The translations under genes and the position numbers were made by a program. A model generated the notes under the pieces. That model made no database searches, was not told the DNA's origin, and saw only the letters and a list, made by a program, of their open reading frames with translations. This document shows, piece by piece, positions 57,363 through 64,000 of a stretch of DNA of 64,000 nucleotides (positions are counted from its first letter, which is position 1; every line of letters starts with the position of its first letter). The stretch is from assembly GCA_963818525.1 (NCBI GenBank), contig CAWFSO010000004.1, positions 49,624 through 113,623 of the forward strand, written 5' to 3'. Origin of the DNA: an uncultured Rikenellaceae bacterium. GTDB taxonomy: Bacteria > Bacteroidota > Bacteroidia > Bacteroidales > VadinHA17.

Positions 57363-58820
57363 TCAACTTATATTAAATGCTTTACGTAACTCCTCCCTGT
57401 CATCGAAGTGGTGCCTGACACCCTTCACCTCCTGGTATGTCTCATGACCTTTGCCCGCGACGATTATTATGTCACCCGGCGTGGCCAGCATCACGGCAGC
57501 CCTGATGGCATCAGCGCGACCGGTTATGCGTATCATCTTCGGCATGGCGTCAGGGGTTAGTCCCGCTTCCATGTCGTCAATGATTTTGTCAGGATCCTCG
57601 CTGCGGGGATTGTCTGATGTCAGGATAAGCCTGTCGGCTCCGGCCGAGGCGATGCGCGCCATGACGGGCCTCTTGGTGCGGTCACGGTCGCCGCCGGCGC
57701 CCACAACCACTATCAGCCTGCCTGCTCCCTGCCTCAGCCTGTTAACTGCTTCGATCACATTCTCGACGGCGTCGGGTGTATGTGCATAGTCTACGATGCC
57801 GGTGATGCCGTCTGCCGAGCGTATCACCTCCATGCGGCCGTCAACGGGACGGAGCTTGCTGAGTATAGTCAGAACCTCTTCGCTCTGCGCGCCAAGAAGG
57901 ATTGCCGAACCGTATACCGCAAGAAGGTTTGATGCGTTGTAGTCGCCAATGAAGTGAGTCCACACCTCTGTGCCGTTGATTTTGAGCAGCATCCCCTCAA
58001 ATCCCTGCTCGATGATGTTGCACCGGAAGTCGGCCATTTTGCGCATTGAGAAAGTGTGCTTTGCCGCCCTGGTGTTCTGTGTCATCACCATGCCGTTCCG
58101 GTCGTCTGTGTTGACCAGGACAAAAGCTTCTTTCGGGAGGTCGTCGAAGAACTTCTTCTTTGCGGCGAGATAATTGTCAAAGGTCAGGTGGTAGTCGAGA
58201 TGATCATGGGTCAGGTTGGTGAAAACACCTCCCGCGAACTGCAGTCCGGCAATACGTTTCTGGTCAACGGCATGCGAGCTCACCTCCATGAATGCATATT
58301 CGCATCCTGCATCGACCATTTCCGCCAGGAGGGCATTCAGTTTGGCGGGGTCGGGAGTGGTATGCGTTGCATCCCTGCGCTCGAGATGCACATAGTTGCA
58401 GACCGTCGAGAGCAGTCCGCACTTGTATCCCAGCGCCTCGAACATATTATAAAGTAATGTTGCGATGGTGGTCTTGCCGTTGGTGCCCGTGACTCCCGTC
58501 AGCCTTAGCTTTCTTGAAGGGTGATCGTAGAATGCCGAGGCTGCCATTCCTGTTGCCGCTGCCGAGTCGTCGACTACTATCATGGTGACTCCTTCGAAGA
58601 GTTTTTCGGGAAGCGCTTCGCAGATGACTGCTGTTGCCCCTGACTCAACTGCTTTGCCGATGAAGGCGTGACCGTCGCTCTTCGTTCCCCTGACAGCTAC
58701 AAAGAGGCTGCCCGGCTTTACGTCACGGGAGTCGGCTGTTACACCGGTGATGAGCTTGTCTTCATCGCCGTAGATGGACGTCACCCTCAGTTCCTTCAGT
58801 ATATTCTTAAGCTCCTTCAT
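57363..58820 (-). CDS. murE: UDP-N-acetylmuramoyl-L-alanyl-D-glutamate--2,6-diaminopimelate ligase
   Basis: 485-486 aa with [14 protein letters not shown] and the DNPRSEDP motif. I prefer the ATG at 58820 over the GTG at 58823 used in the ORF track. Confidence 0.92.
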   Translation of the reverse strand: MKELKNILKELRVTSIYGDEDKLITGVTADSRDVKPGSLFVAVRGTKSDGHAFIGKAVESGATAVICEALPEKLFEGVTMIVVDDSAAATGMAASAFYDHPSRKLRLTGVTGTNGKTTIATLLYNMFEALGYKCGLLSTVCNYVHLERRDATHTTPDPAKLNALLAEMVDAGCEYAFMEVSSHAVDQKRIAGLQFAGGVFTNLTHDHLDYHLTFDNYLAAKKKFFDDLPKEAFVLVNTDDRNGMVMTQNTRAAKHTFSMRKMADFRCNIIEQGFEGMLLKINGTEVWTHFIGDYNASNLLAVYGSAILLGAQSEEVLTILSKLRPVDGRMEVIRSADGITGIVDYAHTPDAVENVIEAVNRLRQGAGRLIVVVGAGGDRDRTKRPVMARIASAGADRLILTSDNPRSEDPDKIIDDMEAGLTPDAMPKMIRITGRADAIRAAVMLATPGDIIIVAGKGHETYQEVKGVRHHFDDREELRKAFNIS

Positions 58821-59001
58821 CACTTTTTCTCAGGTCAGACACTGATCACACTCTGTTTTTTCTTGCTTTATTCATCACTTTTTCTCAGGTCAAAGACTTT
58901 GCACAAACAGTTTCTTCCTTGCTTTATTCATCACTCTTATCATGCTGCCTTGTGCCTCCATTGCTTTTTTCATCTCCTCTTTCATGCTCCCCGGTTCTCC
59001 A
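58816..59001. repeat. ftsI/murE spacer: 55-56-bp tandem repeat (2+ copies) of the murE start region, followed by shorter degenerate ATG-containing pieces
   Basis: U1 (58816-58870) reads ttcatcactttttctcaggtcagacactgatcacactctgttttttcttgctttat. U2 (58871-58926) reads ttcatcactttttctcaggtcaaagactttgcacaaacagtttcttccttgcttta. U3 begins ttcatcactcttatcatgc at 58927. Confidence 0.85.
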
Positions 59002-61035
59002 TCACCTCAGTCTCAATTCAATCGCCACGGTTGCTCCACGCTTAATTCTGACCCCCGGCTGCGGCGACTGACGTGCCACTTTGCCGCGACCGCTATAGTT
59101 CACTCTCAGTCCGCTGTTCTCAAGCATGAACATGGCATCACGAAGGCCCATTCCTACCACATTCGGCATCAGACCCTCTGACCAGGTGAGGTCATCCTTA
59201 CTTACTATGTCCGCTGCTTCACGAAACTTTACCTTATCCTCATTATCAGGATTCAGAGCCCGCAGGTCGCGGTAAAAACTGGTAGCGTACACCTTGTCTG
59301 CTATCTCCTTAAAAACTGGTCCCGACACCACATTGCCGTAATAGACCCAGTTCGACGGCGCATTGACAACTACGATGCATGAATAGAGCGGGTCATCTGC
59401 CGGGAAGTAACCCACAAACGATGCCTGGTATGATATGCGTGCGCCGGAGCGGTACCCGTGCTTTGCATTGGCTATCTGGGCGGTGCCAGTCTTACCGGCG
59501 ATCTTGTAATTGCTGTTCTTCAGGTTCTTGGCAGTGCCGTTCTCCACCACTCCTTCAAGCAGCGACTGCGCCTTGTTGATGGTTGAGCGAGAGCAGATTG
59601 CGTTGGTGATCACCTCCGTCTCAAACGACTTGACCGTCCAGTTGCCGTCACGCACCTCTTTCACGAACCTTGGCTTGACCATCTTCCCGTCATTGGCCAC
59701 GGCGTTGTAGAATGTCAGTATCTGAAGCGGGGTCATAAGCACCTCATAACCGTGCGACATCATCGGGAGCGAAATGCCCGACCAGAGCTTGTCTCCCGGA
59801 TAGCGGATGACAGGCTTGCCTTCGCCCTGTATCTGGAGGCCAAGCGGCTTGTCAATCTGCATCGAATAGAGACGGTCAACATACCGGCGCGGGTTGTCCT
59901 TGTAGCCTTCGCTTATGATCTTGGCGGTGCCAACGTTCGATGAGTGCTCAAAGACCTCGCGGGCTGTGATCTTTCCCAGTCCCTCTTCCTCGTGGTCACG
60001 TATGATCTTGTCGTAGTATCTGACAGTGCCGTCGCCGGTGTTTATTGTGTCATGCAGGTCAACGATGCCATCCTCCATCGCGGCTATCATCGACATCAGC
60101 TTGAAGGTCGATCCCGGCTCGGTGCTCTCTCCCACTGCGTAGTTGTATGTCTCATGGTACTGGCCATCCGAACCTATCTCGAGGTTGGCGATGGCCTTGA
60201 TGTCACCGGTGCGCACCTCCATCACCACCGCGCAGCCGTGATGGGCCTTGTGCCTGGCAAGCTGCTTGTAGAGAGCGTTCTCTGCTGCATCCTGCAGGTC
60301 CAGGTCGATGGTGGTGACGACATTATAACCCGGACGCGCATGCACCGACTCGAGGTTGTCGACATCGATCCATGCCCCTCCCGTCAGGCGCTGCTGCACC
60401 TTCAGCCCGTCCTTCCCGGCGAGGTAGCTGTTGAATGATCCCTCAATACCGACAATACTCGTGATGGTGTCATCAGTGATGTATCCGATGGTACGCCGTG
60501 CCAGCAGCCCATTGGGCATGATGCGCCTGTTCTCGGGCTGGTAGACAAACCCTCCCCTGAACTTACCGTGGCGGAAGATCGGGAGCTGCTTGAGGTGGCT
60601 GAGCGTTTCATAGCTGACGTGCCTTTTGATGAGGTAGTACCTGTCGCCGCGCTTGCGGGCGTTGGTCAGGGTCGTCCTCCACCCTTCGGGGGAGTTGCCT
60701 CCGACATATTTCGAGAGACCGCGGCAGAGGCCGCTGATGCCGTTGGCCCAGGTGGTGTCGGCCATGCCCGAGCTGCGGGTGTCCATGTAGACGGTGTAGT
60801 ACGGGATGGAGCTTGCAAGGATGCGGCCGTCGTCGGAGAGGATGTCGCCCCTGGCGGCCTGGTCGACCTGCCTGCGGAAGACGACCTTGTCGGCCATGGC
60901 GGCCCACTTGTCAGACTGCACGAACTGCAGGATGATAATGCGTACGAAGACGGCAATGGCCATCAGCACCACAACGGCGTAAATGATGCCGGTGCGTGCA
61001 AGTATCTGGTCTTTTGGTTTCGTCTTCTTACTCAT
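59002..61035 (-). CDS. ftsI: Penicillin-binding protein 3 / FtsI transpeptidase
   Basis: 677 aa with an N-terminal TM helix, a PBP dimerisation domain, the motifs STFK (PGSTFKLMS), SSN (HSSNVG) and KTG (AGKTGTAQ), and a C-terminal PASTA-like domain. Confidence 0.92.
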   Translation of the reverse strand: MSKKTKPKDQILARTGIIYAVVVLMAIAVFVRIIILQFVQSDKWAAMADKVVFRRQVDQAARGDILSDDGRILASSIPYYTVYMDTRSSGMADTTWANGISGLCRGLSKYVGGNSPEGWRTTLTNARKRGDRYYLIKRHVSYETLSHLKQLPIFRHGKFRGGFVYQPENRRIMPNGLLARRTIGYITDDTITSIVGIEGSFNSYLAGKDGLKVQQRLTGGAWIDVDNLESVHARPGYNVVTTIDLDLQDAAENALYKQLARHKAHHGCAVVMEVRTGDIKAIANLEIGSDGQYHETYNYAVGESTEPGSTFKLMSMIAAMEDGIVDLHDTINTGDGTVRYYDKIIRDHEEEGLGKITAREVFEHSSNVGTAKIISEGYKDNPRRYVDRLYSMQIDKPLGLQIQGEGKPVIRYPGDKLWSGISLPMMSHGYEVLMTPLQILTFYNAVANDGKMVKPRFVKEVRDGNWTVKSFETEVITNAICSRSTINKAQSLLEGVVENGTAKNLKNSNYKIAGKTGTAQIANAKHGYRSGARISYQASFVGYFPADDPLYSCIVVVNAPSNWVYYGNVVSGPVFKEIADKVYATSFYRDLRALNPDNEDKVKFREAADIVSKDDLTWSEGLMPNVVGMGLRDAMFMLENSGLRVNYSGRGKVARQSPQPGVRIKRGATVAIELRLR

Positions 61036-61403
61036 TGACTGGAGTTCTTTTCTGGCTGGGTGGTTGGATTGGGGTACTGTTGATTGCTGGCTGGCTCTGA
61101 ATTTGTGTTTGCGGTGGCTGACTAGTGTGTGTTATACTGATCTGATGGTGTGGCTGCTTTGGGTTACTTATGACTGTTTTTGTGACTGTTGACTGGTTGG
61201 TGATCAATATTGGGCTGTTTGATTCTTGTGATTGCTGGATCTCTTTAACTGGGTAATTGCGGTGGTTTTATTTATTTCTGCTGTACTATTCTTACTGTAA
61301 GGTAACTTTGGGTTTGTTGCGTATTACTGTTCTGATCTGACTGTCTGATTACTTTGACTTACTCTTGTATTCTTGTCCAATTCTTCCTGCTTGGTTGCAT
61401 GAT
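61036..61403. repeat. 368-bp strand-skewed spacer (GT-rich on plus, AC-rich on the transcribed minus strand) between ftsL and ftsI, with a recurring TGACTG/CAGTCA motif
   Basis: The plus strand is dominated by T and G. TGACTG-like words recur (ttgactggag, ggctgactag, tatgactg, gtgactgttgactgg, atctgactgtctga). No ORF of 60 aa or more lies on the minus strand in this interval. Confidence 0.8.
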
Positions 61404-62054
61404 TTACTTGTTCACTACTATCCTGTAAGGCGGCTCGCGAAGTTCCTCGAGACCCAGTCCCCTCTCCTTAACCAGATCCGTTATCTCACTCTGGCGGCTC
61501 ACGCTGCCCAACTCTGCCGAGACCGAGAGCGCCTCCGCCCGCATATCCCTCACCTCCTGTTCAAGGACTATAATCTCGCGCTCAACACGCTCAGCATTGA
61601 ACTTATTGGCAATGAAGATGATAGCTAGCACGGCAATAAGAGCCGAGTATTTCATGTCCTTGAGAATCAGACTCTCGGAGATCAGTGTCCCGCTTATCAG
61701 CCCCTTGAATATACCCCCCTGGCTCTTTTTGCCTGAGGATTTCGGTCTGGAGGCCTGCCCTGCTCCTGACTGCCCTTCCGCTGACTGACCATCAGTTGAC
61801 TGACTGCCGACTGCTGTCCCGACACTGCGTGTTCGGGATTGATTCTCCTCCTTCGTCGGAGCATCAAACTGCCGACTGCTGACTGAGGACGGAGCATCAA
61901 ACTGCCGACCGCCGACTGCCGTCCCGACACTGCGTGTCCGGGATTGAGTCTCCTCCTTCGTCGGAGCCTCAAACTGCCTGCCTCCGGCTGAATTTTGCAG
62001 CTGTTTGATCAACTGACGGGCACTCCATCCCTCTGTGTTCCTCTCCTCTTCCAT
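61404..62054 (-). CDS. ftsL: FtsL-like cell division protein with a repetitive N-terminal extension
   Basis: 216 aa. The C-terminal half has a TM helix (YSALIAVLAIIFIANKF) plus a coiled coil (EREIIVLEQEVRDMRAEALSVSAEL), and the gene sits between rsmH and ftsI. The N-terminal ~120 aa contain GRQF(E/D)APTKEE.QSRTRSVGTAVG repeats. Confidence 0.75.
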   Translation of the reverse strand: MEEERNTEGWSARQLIKQLQNSAGGRQFEAPTKEETQSRTRSVGTAVGGRQFDAPSSVSSRQFDAPTKEENQSRTRSVGTAVGSQSTDGQSAEGQSGAGQASRPKSSGKKSQGGIFKGLISGTLISESLILKDMKYSALIAVLAIIFIANKFNAERVEREIIVLEQEVRDMRAEALSVSAELGSVSRQSEITDLVKERGLGLEELREPPYRIVVNK

Positions 62055-62059
62055 CCTCT

Positions 62060-62960
62060 TCAGATTTTCTCCGCTATCCTTAACCTTGCACTGCGTGCCC
62101 TTCTGTTTTCTGAAATCTCCTCCGGCGTTGGAACGATCACCTTGCGGTTCACAGCCTTGAACGGAGTTGACAAGTTCCCGTAGAAATCCTTGTCGCTCTC
62201 ACCCTCGAAATTGCCGGTGCGGATGAAATTCTTCACCAGCCTGTCCTCAAGCGAGTGGTATGTTATCACTGCCAGCCGGCCTCCGGGCTTCAGTACCTGA
62301 AGGGCCTGCGAGAGCATCTCCGTGAGAGCATCCAGCTCATGGTTCACCTCAATGCGTAACGACTGAAACAGCCGTGCATAAAACTTATTCTCCTCCCATG
62401 ACGGGACCAGTCCCGCAAGCGCCGACATGAGGTCACTGACGGTATTTATCGGTTTGCTTAACGCGTGCTTTGACTATGGCCGCTGCCAGCTTCCGTGAGT
62501 TGGTCAGTTCGCCGTACTTGTAAAAAACATCTGCCAGCTTCTCTTCCTCGTAAGTGCGGAGGATGTCCGATGCCCTGAGGGTCGACTGGCGGTTCATGCG
62601 CATGTCGAGTTCCGCATCGCTGCGGAAGGAGAAGCCCCTCTCCTGCTCATCGAACTGATGAAACGAGACGCCGAGATCAGCTATCAGTCCGTCGATTTCG
62701 GTTATCCCGAGGTAGCGAAGGTTGTTCTTCAGGTACCGGAAGTTCTGGTTGAGGAGGGTGAACCGTGCGTCGCTGATGCTGTTCGCTTCGGCATCGGCAT
62801 CCTGGTCAAAAGCAATGAGCCTGCCTGAGGTGAGCTGGTCGAGGATGGCGCGCGAGTGTCCTCCGCCTCCGAAGGTTACGTCGACATAAATCCCGTCGGG
62901 CCTGAGGTTTAGCCCTGCAATGCTCTCTGTCAGCAGTGCCGGGAGGTGATAAATGACCAT
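62060..62960 (-). pseudogene. rsmH: 16S rRNA (cytosine1402-N4)-methyltransferase RsmH, frameshifted as assembled
   Basis: The N-terminal ORF (62960..62433) carries VDVTFGGGGHS and DLGVSFHQFD. The C-terminal ORF (62428..62060) carries FQSLRIEVNHEL and GRLAVITYHSLEDR. The second frame read upstream gives KPINTVSDLMSALAG, which continues the family alignment. Confidence 0.85.
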
Positions 62961-63424
62961 TATGCGGAACCGGTGTCGGGATTACCAAGCAGCTTCTCCG
63001 CCAGGTTGGCAAAGTCGTCGGAAGGAATGTCGATACGGGCGTATACCTCTTCAGCCCACATCTCTATGCGTCCGTCCTGCCCGGCGAGAACAACATCCTT
63101 CGCTATGCCCGCAAGGTCAAGGAGGCGCTTGGGTATCAGAAGCCTGTTGCTGCTGTCGAGCGACACCTCTGCCGTGCCCTTGAAGAAATTGCGGAGAAAG
63201 ATATTGTGCTCCCTGTTGTATGGGTTGATCCTGCTGCGGATCTTCTCGAGCTGCCTGTTCCAGTCGTCAATGGAGTAAAGGACGAGGCACCCTTCGAAGA
63301 TATCCTTTCTGACCACGAAGCGATCTTCAGCTGCCTTAGGCATCTGCTTCTTGAACGCGGCGGGGAGGATTACTCTTCCCTTGGCATCCAGCCTGCATGA
63401 ATAATCGCCGATAAATGTGGCCAT
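62960..63424 (-). CDS. mraZ: Transcriptional regulator MraZ
   Basis: 154 aa with two SpoVT/AbrB-like halves (RLDAKGRVILPAAFKK and LDSSNRLLIPKRLLD). It is the first gene of the dcw cluster. Confidence 0.92.
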   Translation of the reverse strand: MATFIGDYSCRLDAKGRVILPAAFKKQMPKAAEDRFVVRKDIFEGCLVLYSIDDWNRQLEKIRSRINPYNREHNIFLRNFFKGTAEVSLDSSNRLLIPKRLLDLAGIAKDVVLAGQDGRIEMWAEEVYARIDIPSDDFANLAEKLLGNPDTGSA

Positions 63425-63460
63425 CAGAGTTGTTGTTTCGGAGGGCTAATGTAGAAAGAT

Positions 63461-63503
63461 TTTTCCCACTTCCCTCCACTTTCCTCCATTTTTCTTCACT
63501 TTT
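63461..63503 (-). promoter_or_regulatory. Candidate MraZ operator: four direct GTGG-type boxes with exact 10-bp spacing
   Basis: The minus strand reads AAAGTGAAGA AAAATGGAGG AAAGTGGAGG GAAGTGGGAA. On the plus strand CAC/CAT falls at 63467-69, 63477-79, 63487-89 and 63497-99. The array lies 37-80 nt upstream of the mraZ ATG. Confidence 0.55.
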
Positions 63504-63810
63504 GTTGAAAACTTTGTTTTTAGGATATGTTTTGTGTGAGGGAAACAGCAAATTCTATATCCCCTACGAGGAACATAACTAATTGTCAATCATTACACTA
63601 CAATACTATATGCCCTACGGGCAATTGATTGCTGATGACAATCCCCTTAGTATTGATTGATACAATTCATTACCGCGTAGCGGTTAAAGTATTGTAGAAC
63701 TGCAAGTAAGATTAGATCAAGTACCCTGTAGAGCTTGCCCCGATAGCCCATGGGCGTATCGGGGGGATCAGGAATTTAGTACCGTCTTTAAATTCAATCC
63801 CCCTCATTCG

Positions 63811-63818
63811 TATCTTTG
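63811..63818 (+). promoter_or_regulatory. Candidate Bacteroidota -7 promoter box (TAnnTTTG)
   Basis: TATCTTTG lies 19 nt upstream of the ATG at 63837. Confidence 0.35.
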
Positions 63819-63836
63819 TATCTCTAATTACCCGGA

Positions 63837-64000
63837 ATGGCAGACACACCCACCCCGCTCCAGCTGGACGTTGAGCAGATCCTCGCCGACAAGAACCCGA
63901 AGATCCGCCGGATGCTTCCCGGCTTCGTCATCAGCTACCTGAAACGCATCGTCCACCAGGATATGATCAACGATATCCTCCGCAATTTCAGCCACCTCCG
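63837..64000 (+). CDS. Partial CDS (5' end only), possibly an acyltransferase-family protein
   Basis: An ATG at 63837 opens a frame that runs to the window edge (MADTPTPLQLDVEQILADKNPKIRRMLPGFVISYLKRIVHQDMINDILRNFSHL). The N-terminus resembles Bacteroidota lipid acyltransferases, but that is from memory only. Confidence 0.4.
   Translation, partial: MADTPTPLQLDVEQILADKNPKIRRMLPGFVISYLKRIVHQDMINDILRNFSHL

Noticed and set aside
63555-63672. Loose ~50-bp direct repeats (ctatatcccctacgagg… / ctatatgccctacgggc… / tattgattgatacaattcatta…), considered as a candidate small RNA or regulatory array.
   Set aside because: Similarity between units is low and patchy. I cannot match it to any known RNA family by eye or show convincing secondary structure, so I leave it unannotated.
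63738-63764. A hairpin, ccccgata-(gcccatgggcg)-tatcgggg, in the mraZ-upstream intergenic region, considered as a possible terminator or ncRNA element.
   Set aside because: No U-tract follows on either strand, and no upstream gene ends nearby on the plus strand within the window. The stem is only 8 bp, which is insufficient to call a terminator or riboswitch.

Overview
This is a chromosomal window from a Bacteroidota-type bacterium. That call is an inference from the T9SS type-B cargo plus PorP/SprF genes, the DUF3857/transglutaminase pairs, the lack of Shine-Dalgarno sites and the TAnnTTTG-like promoter boxes. The left part carries housekeeping genes: an RluB-like pseudouridine synthase, era and der. 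A tightly packed five-gene minus-strand operon follows, running from a giant T9SS adhesin through PorP/SprF, a TolB/PKD protein and an unknown secreted protein to a beta-propeller-SpoIIE phosphatase. After it come a 1241-aa polytopic histidine kinase, rlmH, nadC, a yihY-like gene, two DUF3857/transglutaminase proteins, an IPT/TIG-Kelch lipoprotein, a glutamine-synthetase-family gene, valS, an aminotransferase, a NamZ-like gene and a LolE-like permease. An archaeal-type gatE-gatD pair, mltF and an outer-membrane barrel gene come next. The right third is a complete dcw cluster on the minus strand (mraZ-rsmH-ftsL-ftsI-murE-mraY-murD-ftsW-murG-murC-ftsQ-ftsA-ftsZ). The points most worth a second look are these. 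(1) The archaeal-type GatDE pair sits in a bacterial context. (2) A T9SS adhesin module is coupled to a PP2C/SpoIIE sensor. (3) Several dcw intergenic spacers are built from degenerate tandem copies of the flanking stop/start junction, and similar terminal duplications occur at two other genes. (4) Heptamer microsatellite arrays are dispersed through intergenic regions, and one pair flanks an AT-rich four-helix-bundle gene cassette in inverted orientation. (5) There are four apparent frameshifts, in murG, mraY, rsmH and an OM barrel gene; three of them lie in the dcw cluster, and they may be assembly indels. (6) A four-box, 10-bp-periodic GTGG array upstream of mraZ looks like an MraZ operator. 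I found no rRNA, tRNA, CRISPR array or transposase.
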